Shown: positions 36,501 through 45,306 of the stretch, piece after piece
How positions within the stretch are numbered: the stretch's first letter is position 1
How the letters are laid out: each line of letters opens with the position of its first letter
Source: a virus
DNA length: 64,000 nt
Virus record (IMG/VR): IMGVR_UViG_3300035698_006717
Coordinates: 1 to 64,000 of that record
Reading direction: 5' to 3' (one strand)
Notes under the pieces: model-generated
What the model was told of the DNA's origin: nothing
The model's input: only the letters and a program-made list of their open reading frames with translations
Database searches by the model: none
Made by a program: the position numbers and the translations under genes

Positions 36501-37492
36501 GTATGGGGGAAGAGAGCTTATCTGAGCAGCAAGTAGCTGAGCTTAAAACTGGGGTTTCCCCAGTATCAGTAGGTAAGCATATAACTAGATATTATGATGA
36601 TGTTGTAGATAGTTTAGCATCTCATGTTAGAGTTACTAGGCTTATTGACATAGAGTTAGATGATGCTGCACAAGTACAGCAGCAGCAACAAGAGAACCAA
36701 TCTCAAGTTAAGAGATTAGATGTATGGATAACAGGTCTATTGACTCATGTTGACTTGAAAAGGTTATCGCAGGAGGTCAAGGAAGTTATTGATACTGGCA
36801 AGGAAGAAAGATATGCGTTATGTAATCTAGAGGATGGTACAGACTTCATAGTATTATCTCTCAAGAAAGGCATATATACAAAATATGAGCAGGAACTGTT
36901 CAACTTTATGGGGAAGGTTGTTCTAGTTAGAGGAACTGTGAATAAGGGTTGGAAGAAATGTTTTGTTGATACCATATATATAATGGATGATTTGAGAGCA
37001 TACCTTGATGGTGGACACAAACCTTTCAACTATGATTATGAATATTTGTTCAAGCATCCTCTGAATAGATACTTTGATAAAAAGGGTGGGATTGCCAAGA
37101 TAAAGGCTAAGTGCGGCTGTGTTGATATGATAGATGTCACTACTCTACCAATAGGCCAGAGTATTTGGGCTATGGGGATAATATCTGATATACAAACATT
37201 TGTAGGTAGACCTACAAGTAAAATACCTGGCAAGAAATTTTACTGGATATTCTTTGAGGATGATACATTCTGTGGGAGTTTTATGGTATTCCCTACGGAT
37301 AAAAGGTTCAAGGCTATGAAGAAGGATATATTTGAATTGTATAAGTCTCACGATCCGTTCCTATTGCAGATACAAAGAGATATGAGTTTTAAGGAAGGAG
37401 ATAGACAATACAAGCAGGTATGTATATCTATTGATAAAAGATCTAGTTGGGAAGATATGATCCGTAGACCATTTAAAAGGAGGAAAAAATAA
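33515..37492 (+). CDS. dnaE: DNA polymerase III alpha subunit (family C)
   Basis: PHP domain HIHLHTEFSFLDG / TDHG / NDSHY; RGSSAGSL, PDVDMD, HAAGVV, KMDILGL, YQEQVM, FNKSHS; HhH; OB folds. Confidence 0.97.
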   Translation: MSNKDFAHIHLHTEFSFLDGFSKVWDDDHKEPSDLPLRIAEIGQKYCAITDHGSTAGWIRFDKAMKKVGVSPLFGVEGYYCDDMSVKGLDETRKLDATRGLTNAKEKKAATKKMEKELGLNKRAHFVALAMNADGIQEILKSTSIAATEGFYYRPRWDFSLIKSMKNCIIGTACAGGILNYWCNREDLPMKERLQMAVREAKKWKDELGDRFYLELQSIDWSRQTKYNKFIWKIAQHLDLPCYLANDSHYVKAEDWEAHDILLAIQSAHGVPSKDALNNPDRLRYDMHDLYVKTRKEMAQSFLARNDVDIYGKSNISKMLDCTLEIAERCHHSVNKKKMIMPAIEVPDFAKLDKTKTTDDDRKNYLKYLCKEGWQRKIVPYVSKKDRVVYKERLKEELYQIISQGFTPYFIMCNGLMKWSDEKGIARGPARGSSAGSLVAYLLDIVMVDPIPHKLLFSRFIDPNRTDYPDVDMDFGDWRRGVIVQYFVEKYGKEKVAILGNNMTFKPKMALKDVARLYGVPIFETQELCNLVVNRSGADSRLSFCVKDTFDQHEFAKEYARKYPKVAKFSQQLEGLKKIQGVHAAGVVIADGDITQYTSMRYDKRQKDFLIATIDRYDCEDIGLLKMDILGLNTMSVLQECRVLIKERHGVWIDFEELCRDVTYKGGDKKTYEAFADARTTGIFQFNSPGLTRLAKQVKIENFDEISDCTALHRPGPIHAGAMNRYPALKSGELEKFDPLHKIVEEETQDTYGLVIYQEQVMQIVRRLGKFDWAQTNTVRKVMSKSGGAEYFMTNFWPTFKNGCADEGLDEKTALKIFHRIMSFGSWAFNKSHSISYAFVSYFCMYMKVNYPIEFCTAYMNKVNDTSGENVPKMVLEAQRLGIGMREPDINISKSGFVIEGNTIVSGLSKIKNVGAKAVVTILENQPFDGIVDFLIKIDNRACNKRSVENLVKAGAFDSFGYDKGALLENVEAILKNVKKGNDKSLNIAKEFVDGCMGEESLSEQQVAELKTGVSPVSVGKHITRYYDDVVDSLASHVRVTRLIDIELDDAAQVQQQQQENQSQVKRLDVWITGLLTHVDLKRLSQEVKEVIDTGKEERYALCNLEDGTDFIVLSLKKGIYTKYEQELFNFMGKVVLVRGTVNKGWKKCFVDTIYIMDDLRAYLDGGHKPFNYDYEYLFKHPLNRYFDKKGGIAKIKAKCGCVDMIDVTTLPIGQSIWAMGIISDIQTFVGRPTSKIPGKKFYWIFFEDDTFCGSFMVFPTDKRFKAMKKDIFELYKSHDPFLLQIQRDMSFKEGDRQYKQVCISIDKRSSWEDMIRRPFKRRKK

Positions 37493-37836
37493 TGGGTGAG
37501 CGAATGGAAGATTATGTGAAGAAACTTAATGGTGAGGAAGGTACTGTTACTGTTGAGAAGGATGGTAGGAAGATAGTGCTTACTGTTGGGCTACTAGGAG
37601 ATGTTAGGGTTAAAAAGAAGAAAGAGAATATCAGGCTTATAAAGTTGGTTGATGAGATAGATAAGGAAATATGGTATTCCAAGTGTAAGGGTTTAGTCAT
37701 GAAGGCATATCTATTCCCAAAACACGTTGATGCTCTTTCTGTTACATTTCCTGACTCTACTGTAATTTCTGGTGAGCATTTTGATTTGGTAAAATATTGG
37801 GATCATGCAAGGAATGATGATATTAGATTAAAATAA
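37492..37836 (+). CDS. Hypothetical protein
   Basis: GGAGG SD and TAATG coupling. Confidence 0.6.
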   Translation: MGERMEDYVKKLNGEEGTVTVEKDGRKIVLTVGLLGDVRVKKKKENIRLIKLVDEIDKEIWYSKCKGLVMKAYLFPKHVDALSVTFPDSTVISGEHFDLVKYWDHARNDDIRLK

Positions 37837-37839
37837 CAT

Positions 37840-37868
37840 TTTGTTCATAAACCGTAATCTATTATATT
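37840..37868 (+). promoter_or_regulatory. Candidate promoter, class B
   Basis: TTTGTT-17 nt-TATATT before the recombination cluster. Confidence 0.45.
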
Positions 37869-37889
37869 ATAGTAGTAGGAAAATTAAAC

Positions 37890-38405
37890 ATGTCATTTAA
37901 AAATATGCAAGATGGGCTAAAGAGCCTTACAGACAAATATAGCAAGGAGCTTGATATTGAAGGGCTGCTGGACATATCTGATTCAATATCAGAAGATCCT
38001 GCCGCTTTGTCATATGAGATATCAAGGCAGCCAGCCATATATGCATATGTAGCTAATATGAAAAGAATTGCTGAATCAAATTGCGACAAATTAAATGATA
38101 AGTTGGAAAGGTTCAAAGATAGTAAGCTGAGAGTTATAACTGAATATCTTAAATCTGATGGTGTTGCCAAACCAACGGCAAAGATGATTGAAACTAGATT
38201 CAATCAGCACTTTAAGGATAATGAACTTTACAAAGAATTAACTGGTCAAATTAAAATGTGGAAGACCAGAAAGGAGATGGTGGCAATAGTATTGAAATCT
38301 ATAGATAGCAGAGAGCAAAGTTTCAAGTCTTTAAGCTATATGATGGATACTATGGTTAAAACTGGTTTAATGTATCCTAAACCATCTAAGCGTAATGGAG
38401 TTTGA
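37890..38405 (+). CDS. UvsY-like recombination mediator
   Basis: Helical; QPAIYAY...TAKMIE...SIDSREQSFKSL pattern; adjacent to SSB and RecA. Confidence 0.55.
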   Translation: MSFKNMQDGLKSLTDKYSKELDIEGLLDISDSISEDPAALSYEISRQPAIYAYVANMKRIAESNCDKLNDKLERFKDSKLRVITEYLKSDGVAKPTAKMIETRFNQHFKDNELYKELTGQIKMWKTRKEMVAIVLKSIDSREQSFKSLSYMMDTMVKTGLMYPKPSKRNGV

Positions 38406-38643
38406 GATGCTGAAGTTTGGTAGGAAAGCTGTTGATACAGTTACAGGATTGGAAGGTAAGATTACTGGATTTGCCAAATATATGACAGGCTGCAACCAGT
38501 ATGCATTAGAGTCTTGTGAAAATAATGAAATTAAGGCAACTTGGATTGATGAGCAAAGAGTTAAGTATGTAGGAGATATGACAAAGAAAATTGTGCAGAA
38601 GAAAACTGGTGGGCCACAAAGAACTCCACCTTCTAGACACTAA
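38395..38643 (+). CDS. Small SH3-like phage protein
   Basis: DTVTGLEGKITG..YMTGCNQY...WIDEQR...TGGP motif. Confidence 0.65.
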   Translation: MEFEMLKFGRKAVDTVTGLEGKITGFAKYMTGCNQYALESCENNEIKATWIDEQRVKYVGDMTKKIVQKKTGGPQRTPPSRH

Positions 38644-38663
38644 TAACAAAAGGAGAAACCACT

Positions 38664-39584
38664 ATGGGTTTCAGAGATGGCAAGGGCGGCGATTCAATTG
38701 CAAGGCATCTATTCAAGCCAGAGAATGGCAAGACGTATGTTATTCGTATTTGGCATGATACCTTGGAGCAGTGGTCAGAGTGCTGGCCTACTTTCATAGG
38801 TGATGATGGTAATAAGATAATGCGCAGATTTGTCGGTAGTGATGGTTTCGCTAACTTCAAGCCTATTAATGATTTCAAGAAGGCAGTTAAGATTACTGAG
38901 ATGTTTGCCAATATTGAGCCAGAGAGAGAACGCAAGCGGCTTATTGGTAATTGGAATGCTGGGCATCAGAATGCTTCAATTGTTATTATTGGTACTGAGC
39001 AGACTGTTAAGGTTGATGGTAAGACTAAGCGTAAGATTGAATGGGATAAGGATGCAAAAATCTATCCTTTTGGTTCCACAGTATACAAGCAGTTGTATGC
39101 TATTAACCATAACCCTAATAATATTGAGAATGCTGAGAAGGTCAAGCAGCTTGCTGGTAAGATGTCTGATGGTGGTGATGGAGAAGGACTGCTTTGCACA
39201 GACGTTTATGCACTTCGCCTTACCAAGACACGGACTGGCCAGAAGACAGATTTCACTACCGAAGCAGATAAGCTGTGCGGGCCTGTGAAGAGTATCAATA
39301 ATGCGGAAGAGATTGAGAAGGTTCTGGCTGGATTTATTGAGCCTAGCCCTGAGAGCGAAATTGAACAGTATCTCTCTAATAATAGTGAAGGCGCTTATTC
39401 TGGTTCAGGTGCTGAAGCTCAATCTACTGAAGAGGAAGTTGATGAGCCATCTACTAAGAAGAAGACTGCAACTGTTGAAGAGGATTCTATTGAAGAAGAA
39501 GTTGTAGAAGCTGAAGTTGTAGAAGAAGCTGCTTCTGGTGAGATGTCTGAAGATTTGGATGATCTTGAGATAGAAGATCTCTAA
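38664..39584 (+). CDS. Single-stranded DNA-binding protein (gp32-like, acidic tail)
   Basis: FKPENGKTYVIRI, FGSTVYKQL and LTKTRTGQKTDF, with a very acidic C-terminus. Confidence 0.7.
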   Translation: MGFRDGKGGDSIARHLFKPENGKTYVIRIWHDTLEQWSECWPTFIGDDGNKIMRRFVGSDGFANFKPINDFKKAVKITEMFANIEPERERKRLIGNWNAGHQNASIVIIGTEQTVKVDGKTKRKIEWDKDAKIYPFGSTVYKQLYAINHNPNNIENAEKVKQLAGKMSDGGDGEGLLCTDVYALRLTKTRTGQKTDFTTEADKLCGPVKSINNAEEIEKVLAGFIEPSPESEIEQYLSNNSEGAYSGSGAEAQSTEEEVDEPSTKKKTATVEEDSIEEEVVEAEVVEEAASGEMSEDLDDLEIEDL

Positions 39585-40064
39585 GTGAAGCTGAAAGAAT
39601 GCAAAAGGTGCGGCCTCTGTAAGGGGTCGCACTATTCCCTTTCAAAAGGCAGAAGCCAAGCTTCTGTTATGTTCATATTCCATAGGGAATCTACAGATGA
39701 TGTTGGTAGATATAAGGAGCAAGAATTTATTAGGAATTTGGATCGCAAGTTGGATCATGATTGGTATAAGGCATACGCTATAAAATGCTGTAGTACTACA
39801 AAAGCTAAATTGAGTCACCTTAATAAATGTAGCGTATGGATCCAAAAAGAATATGAGCAAGTTGATCCATATCTAGTAATTCTAATGGGGATGGCTCCTG
39901 CTATTGCTTTATTGGGGAAAAGATATGGCAAGTTAGTACAGAATGCTTTTTACATTAGAGATGGTAAAAGATTCTTTGTAGGTGAAAGAATTAATGGTGA
40001 TATGAAAAAGCTTGATAAAAATGCTTCGGTACTATATGAATACATCAAGAGATACTACACATAA
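39585..40064 (+). CDS. Family-4 uracil-DNA glycosylase-like protein, catalytic motifs degenerate
   Basis: CKRCGL, ASVMFI, AIKC and CSVWIQKEYEQVDPYLVILMG; no GExPG or HP motif. Confidence 0.65.
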   Translation: MKLKECKRCGLCKGSHYSLSKGRSQASVMFIFHRESTDDVGRYKEQEFIRNLDRKLDHDWYKAYAIKCCSTTKAKLSHLNKCSVWIQKEYEQVDPYLVILMGMAPAIALLGKRYGKLVQNAFYIRDGKRFFVGERINGDMKKLDKNASVLYEYIKRYYT

Positions 40065-40073
40065 GGATTCTAC

Positions 40074-41090
40074 ATGCCACCGAAAAAGAAATCAGAACCA
40101 ACTACTTTCAATAACATAGATGATCTTGTCAATAAGCTAGAGAAGGATCATGGCAAAGGCACCATTATGACGCAGGGCCGTAAGGCTCTAGATGATGTTA
40201 AGTTCATTCCTACAGGGCTGGTGAGCTTAGACTGCGCCTTGGGTGGTGGTATACCTTCTGGTAGGATGATAGAGTGCTACGGGCCAGAGAGTTCAGGCAA
40301 AACCTCATTCACATTACACTGCATAGGTATTGCTCAGCGCCTAGGTAGAACTGCTATGTTTATAGATGCTGAGCATAGTTATGATCCTAAGTATGCTGAA
40401 AAATTTAGAGTTGATAATGAGAAGCTACTTCTCAACCAGCCTGATTCTGCCGAACAGGCTTTGACTATAATGGAGACTTCTGTACAGAGCGGTCTAGTGA
40501 ATCTGATAGTATTAGATTCTGTTGCAGCATTAGTTCCTCAGAGTGAAGTGGAAGGAGAGATGGGAGATGCTCAGATGGGCAAGCAAGCTCGCCTTCTATC
40601 TCAAGCTTGTCGCAAGCTGACTTCTATTATTGGTAAAACTGATTGTACTGTAATATGGATTAATCAGATTCGTATGAAGATAGGTGTTATGTTTGGTAAT
40701 CCTGAAACTACTACTGGCGGTAATGCTCTGAAGTTCTATTGTTCTCAGAGAGTTGATGTGCGCCGTATAGGTAGAATACCAAAGGCCAAAGAATCTATAA
40801 TGACTGGTATGCTTCAGCGTTTCAAAGTAGTCAAGAATAAGGTAGCACCGCCTTTTAGAGAATCAGAGATTGAACTATATTTCAAGAGTGGATATGATTC
40901 TATAGGAGATACTGTATCAGCTGCAGTAGACTTTGATATAATCCAAAAGGCTGGAGCTTGGTATAGTTATGCTGGGGAACGTCTTGGCCAAGGGTTAGCT
41001 GGAGCAATAAAGGGATACCGTCAACTGGACAAGGAAAATAGGCGCACTATTAAGAAGAAGCTGAAAGAATGCTATGAGGCTAATGCGTGA
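40074..41090 (+). CDS. recA: Recombinase RecA
   Basis: GPESSGKT, FIDAEH, DSVAALVP and NQIRMKIGVMFGNPETTTGGNALKFY. Confidence 0.98.
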   Translation: MPPKKKSEPTTFNNIDDLVNKLEKDHGKGTIMTQGRKALDDVKFIPTGLVSLDCALGGGIPSGRMIECYGPESSGKTSFTLHCIGIAQRLGRTAMFIDAEHSYDPKYAEKFRVDNEKLLLNQPDSAEQALTIMETSVQSGLVNLIVLDSVAALVPQSEVEGEMGDAQMGKQARLLSQACRKLTSIIGKTDCTVIWINQIRMKIGVMFGNPETTTGGNALKFYCSQRVDVRRIGRIPKAKESIMTGMLQRFKVVKNKVAPPFRESEIELYFKSGYDSIGDTVSAAVDFDIIQKAGAWYSYAGERLGQGLAGAIKGYRQLDKENRRTIKKKLKECYEANA

Positions 41091-41293
41091 TTATCAAGAA
41101 TGATATTAAGGGACGTAAGAGATTTGATGAGGATGTTCTTGAATGGGATAGATGTTACATAAATGGATTTGAGATAACTGAAGATATGAATGGTGCATTA
41201 AAGATAAGGGATGCTGAATGTATGAATGGTGAGAGAATGGTGGTATTGCCATCAGTATCCAACATTATTGGAATAACAAGGGTTAAAATATGA
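41087..41293 (+). CDS. Hypothetical protein
   Basis: GTGA coupling to recA. Confidence 0.55.
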   Translation: MIIKNDIKGRKRFDEDVLEWDRCYINGFEITEDMNGALKIRDAECMNGERMVVLPSVSNIIGITRVKI

Positions 41294-41499
41294 AACTTGT
41301 GACAAAATTTGATTATCTTGATTATGTTAGATTGGAAGATGTTGGGATGAAGGGTAGGATAGTGAAAATTGAGTTCAGCGGTGGCATAGTCTATAAAGTT
41401 GAATATTGGTTACATGAGGAAATTAAAACTGTATATGTGTATGAAGATGAAATTGAGACATGGAATACTGAATTCAGAAGAATAGGGTTATCAAAATGA
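41290..41499 (+). CDS. Small SH3-like hypothetical protein
   Basis: TKFDYLDYV...YKVEYW...YEDEIE; ATGA coupling. Confidence 0.6.
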   Translation: MKLVTKFDYLDYVRLEDVGMKGRIVKIEFSGGIVYKVEYWLHEEIKTVYVYEDEIETWNTEFRRIGLSK

Positions 41500-42476
41500 A
41501 AATCTTACTAACAGCTGATTGGCACTTAAAACATAAGCATCCATTCTCTCAAGTGGTAGAGGGCAAGGTGTGGGATGAATTATTTGAAGCAAAAATGAGA
41601 GTTCTTTGGGAGCTTCCTAATATTGCGAAGAAAGAAGATGTTGATTGGGTAGCTATAACTGGTGATATATTTGATAACACAAATCCACCTGAAGCTATCA
41701 AAGCAGAAGTTTGTAAGTTATTGGATAAGTTCTCTTGTCCTGTTTTCATAATAAACGGTAATCATGAAACTGCTAGCTTTGGCAACCATGCCCTTATGGA
41801 TATAGGCCAAGCATATAAAAGTACTACCAGTAAGAAGTCTCACGTATTTGTATATAATGACCATAATGTTACTGATGGAATAGGTATGTTCCATATAATG
41901 ATGGAAGGCATAGATGAAAGATACAGAAATGTCATTAAGTTTGAGGATTCTAGATTTGCTGATTGCAATACAATACTCCTTGGAGATTATCATGCTTTCT
42001 TCAAGAAGAATTATGGTGGTAAGACTTTTGTCTATCCTGGCACTCCATATCCCACTCGTTTTGGTGAAGAAAATCATTCTGTTTGTATTTTGGAGTGTGA
42101 CGCTCAAGGAAATACAAGAAATAGTAAACAGGTTGAAATACCCTCATATAAATTCCTTGAATGTAACACGAGTGATATTAAAAAGACAATTGGGGATGCC
42201 GATGCAAAAGGCTTTCAGTATGTACTTAAAGTCAGGACTACTGCAAAACCAGAAAATATGAATAAGATAGCTTTGAAGCTACGGGAGTATAAGGTCAAGC
42301 TGAGCAAAAGAGAAAATTGCTTAGACTTTGTATATTCTATAAAGGCGGCAAAAGTTGTAGCTGAGTTAGAAGATGTGAGCAATAGATCTGTTGAGGATGT
42401 TGCTCTTGAGTACATAGGTAACAATTGCATGTATCCTGAAGAAGGTAAGGCTTTGTTTAAGGAGTTAATGACGTGA
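41496..42476 (+). CDS. SbcD/Mre11-like metallophosphoesterase nuclease
   Basis: TADWH, GDIFD, GNHE, LGDYH and YPGTP...FGE motifs. Confidence 0.9.
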   Translation: MKILLTADWHLKHKHPFSQVVEGKVWDELFEAKMRVLWELPNIAKKEDVDWVAITGDIFDNTNPPEAIKAEVCKLLDKFSCPVFIINGNHETASFGNHALMDIGQAYKSTTSKKSHVFVYNDHNVTDGIGMFHIMMEGIDERYRNVIKFEDSRFADCNTILLGDYHAFFKKNYGGKTFVYPGTPYPTRFGEENHSVCILECDAQGNTRNSKQVEIPSYKFLECNTSDIKKTIGDADAKGFQYVLKVRTTAKPENMNKIALKLREYKVKLSKRENCLDFVYSIKAAKVVAELEDVSNRSVEDVALEYIGNNCMYPEEGKALFKELMT

Positions 42477-42910
42477 GTTATCCTACAAAAAATGTTACTG
42501 GTGTATTTGTAAATGGTGAAAATGTATCTCACCTAATTGATCCTGAAAGTATTGAAATAGATTGGCAGTTTGATAGAACTAAATTGTATTGTGGTGGATC
42601 AGATTACCCTAATGATGTTAGAGTGAATGGTTATCATCCTAAAATTAAAATGAAAACAACATTTATACCAAAAGGTGAATTTGAATTTGATATAGATTTG
42701 AATAAAGGTGCTGAGAAGATACATTTTAATAGATGTATGGTAGATTCTTCTGAAGATGGTGAATTGACTTTGAAGGCTTTTGTAGATAATAATGGTGGTG
42801 TAGGTAGGATTGATTTGAAATTGGATTGGACAGAAAAGTACTTCCCTACATTTTTGAAATGGTTCAAGAATTTAAGGCGGTACTGGCGGAAGATTAAGGG
42901 CGAAGCATGA
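42473..42910 (+). CDS. Shortened paralog of the major tail tube protein with basic amphipathic C-terminal helix
   Basis: Three collinear blocks match ORF 2936-3409. AAGGAG SD; GTG start overlaps the sbcD stop. Confidence 0.8.
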   Translation: MSYPTKNVTGVFVNGENVSHLIDPESIEIDWQFDRTKLYCGGSDYPNDVRVNGYHPKIKMKTTFIPKGEFEFDIDLNKGAEKIHFNRCMVDSSEDGELTLKAFVDNNGGVGRIDLKLDWTEKYFPTFLKWFKNLRRYWRKIKGEA

Positions 42911-43086
42911 GCGCTGGCAAAGGTAGTGCAAGGCGTCAAGAAGATACAAAGGCTATCCGTGATAGATGGCCTATGGATAAGAAGCCAGTTGGTGAAACAA
43001 AGTTTGGTAACTTTTATATGTGCATTAATTGTTACAAACCTGTCATAAATGGAAAGAAGTGCCCAAGATGCGAATCACAAGAATAA
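42907..43086 (+). CDS. 59-aa zinc-ribbon protein (not in ORF track)
   Basis: MSAGKGSARR...CINC...CPRCESQE; ATGA overlap with the upstream gene. Confidence 0.65.
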   Translation: MSAGKGSARRQEDTKAIRDRWPMDKKPVGETKFGNFYMCINCYKPVINGKKCPRCESQE

Positions 43087-44927
43087 AAGCTGAGAATCTA
43101 TTCAGCTGGGAAAAACTAGATATTAAATTTGAAGATGGCACATATTCTCTTACAGGCGAGAATGGTTGCGGCAAGTCTTCTATCTTTGAGATTATTACTT
43201 GGATTGGATTCAAGAAAACTACCAAGAAGAATGTCAAAGGCGATTATGGTAAGAATAATGGCTGGGGGGAATTAGAGTTTGATAATGGTGAATATGTCAT
43301 TAGAAGAAATACCAAAGAACCTATGAGGATATTAGTTAATGGAGAGGAAGCTGAGCAGGATTATGTTGATAATATCCTAGGGTGCCATTATGATACTTTT
43401 ATGGCATCTATTATGTGCAACCAGAAAAGAGTATCTTCATTTATAAATGAGAAGACTGATACTGGTAAGGCTAGGATATTTGGAGAGATGTTAGGAGCAG
43501 GTAGCCTTGACAAAATTAGATCTAAGGTAAGTAAGCGCAAAAATGAGAGAGAACTAGAGTTTGAAGGTGCGCGCAGTAAGTTTGAACTTTTGACTGAACA
43601 GGTGGATACTGCTAAGTTAAAGTTTGGAGGTAAAACTCCAAAACAGTACAAGGCAGTTATTGAAAGGGACAAGGGTGAATACCACAAGCTAGTAGCAGGG
43701 GAAAAGTTGCTACAAGATAAGGTAGATAAGGCATATGATATAGCAAATCTTTGGAGAAACTATGAAAGCTCTCATGTAGAATATAATAAGGCTTTGTCAA
43801 AACGCAGCAATACGGAGACTGAATTAAAAGAGTCCAAAGATAAATTTGATACTATGGAGATACCTGATGAAACTGGGGCAGGTAAGTATGCGGGTATGTT
43901 GGTTAAGGCTGACAAGATATACCAAAAACTATCTACTGAAGTAATTTACCTTGAAGCAGATATACAAAAGCTAGAAGACATCAAGAGTCTAGGTGAAGGG
44001 GAATGCCCTACTTGTGGTGAGAAAGTTACCATTAAGAAGATTGAACATATTCAAGGTATTATTGATAGATATGGAACAGATCTATACAAGCTTGAAGAGA
44101 AACGCGCTGAGATAGATACTAAGGTTGCCAAAATTAAGGTCAAGCTTAGAAAGATGAAGGAATATGAGGATGAATGGCAAGAGTCAAGGAAAGATGCAGT
44201 ATTCCTACAGCGTATCATAGATAACCTACCCAAGATAATTAAGGTTGAACCTCCTAAACAAGAGAAGATGGACGTTTCAGAGCTTAAGTCAGATCTAGCT
44301 AGGAGCCGCGATAAGGCGTTTGAACTTAAGGGGGGTATAAGGGATAGGGTAAACGTATTGAAAGGCTATATAGAAGCTGAGAGGAGCTTAAAAGCGGCTG
44401 AAAGTATCTATAGGGATAGGGAGAAGGAATACTATGTAGCAAAATGGTTGTTCACTTCCCTACCTTTGATAAAACTTATGTTTATTGAAGAGAATAAGAT
44501 GGTGTTGGAGAATGCTATTAATGAATACTTGTCTACTATGAATGTACAGTTCATGGTTAAGATTGATACACAAAAGGAAATGAAATCAAGGAAAGAGATT
44601 AAGGATGAATTCTCATTCCAAATATTAAGCTCTAACAGGAAGGTTGATAAGGCAGATTTATCTGGTGGAGAGGAGACAATAATACTACTTGCTACTCAGT
44701 TTGCTATTAATGATCTGATTAATCCTAATTTGAAGCTAGAAATATATGATGAGATTTATGGAGCATTATCTGACAATAATGTCAGCACAGTAGTAGATGC
44801 TATAAAGGATAGAGGTGAGTCCAAACAGATATTCACTATATCCCACAAACCTGAAATAAGTAACTCATTTGATAGTTCCATTCTAATCAAAAAGAATGAG
44901 GAAGGCAGTTATGTTGAAAGAATTTGA
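43068..44927 (+). CDS. SbcC/Rad50-like ATPase
   Basis: GENGCGKS, coiled coils, CPTC zinc hook, LSGGE, DEIYGAL and ISH motifs. Confidence 0.92.
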   Translation: MRITRIKAENLFSWEKLDIKFEDGTYSLTGENGCGKSSIFEIITWIGFKKTTKKNVKGDYGKNNGWGELEFDNGEYVIRRNTKEPMRILVNGEEAEQDYVDNILGCHYDTFMASIMCNQKRVSSFINEKTDTGKARIFGEMLGAGSLDKIRSKVSKRKNERELEFEGARSKFELLTEQVDTAKLKFGGKTPKQYKAVIERDKGEYHKLVAGEKLLQDKVDKAYDIANLWRNYESSHVEYNKALSKRSNTETELKESKDKFDTMEIPDETGAGKYAGMLVKADKIYQKLSTEVIYLEADIQKLEDIKSLGEGECPTCGEKVTIKKIEHIQGIIDRYGTDLYKLEEKRAEIDTKVAKIKVKLRKMKEYEDEWQESRKDAVFLQRIIDNLPKIIKVEPPKQEKMDVSELKSDLARSRDKAFELKGGIRDRVNVLKGYIEAERSLKAAESIYRDREKEYYVAKWLFTSLPLIKLMFIEENKMVLENAINEYLSTMNVQFMVKIDTQKEMKSRKEIKDEFSFQILSSNRKVDKADLSGGEETIILLATQFAINDLINPNLKLEIYDEIYGALSDNNVSTVVDAIKDRGESKQIFTISHKPEISNSFDSSILIKKNEEGSYVERI

Positions 44928-45306
44928 AAAATTAGTCAAGATCTGTAAGAAGTCTAATGCGTTGGAGTTTGTTACAGAAGGTGAAGTTGAAAATAATATA
45001 GGGGAAACTGAAATTGGAATCTTTACCAAAGGATTTGGTGTGGTATTCAAGAAAAAGAATTCTGAAGGAAAACCAGCAGAAGAAATTGACAATCCTGATA
45101 ATGAAGTTGAAGCTGAAGCTGAAGAAGTAAATGCTGAGATGCCTGAAGATGGCATAACAATAAATGGTAAAGTTCAAAAGGTTAAAGGTGAAGTTGGTAT
45201 GAGAATTAAAACTGATACTGGCATAATTGAATTCTTTGTTCCTGAGATTGATGCTTTCTTTGGCGATGGTGATGAAGTAGAGATGAAGTTGGTTAAGAAT
45301 GCCTGA
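44911..45306 (+). CDS. Hypothetical acidic protein
   Basis: ORF with SD, overlapping the sbcC end. Confidence 0.55.
   Translation: MLKEFEKLVKICKKSNALEFVTEGEVENNIGETEIGIFTKGFGVVFKKKNSEGKPAEEIDNPDNEVEAEAEEVNAEMPEDGITINGKVQKVKGEVGMRIKTDTGIIEFFVPEIDAFFGDGDEVEMKLVKNA

Noticed and set aside
27248-41090. Inteins or introns in DnaB, DnaE or RecA
   Set aside because: Motif spacing is normal, and no splice-junction or homing-endonuclease motifs were seen.
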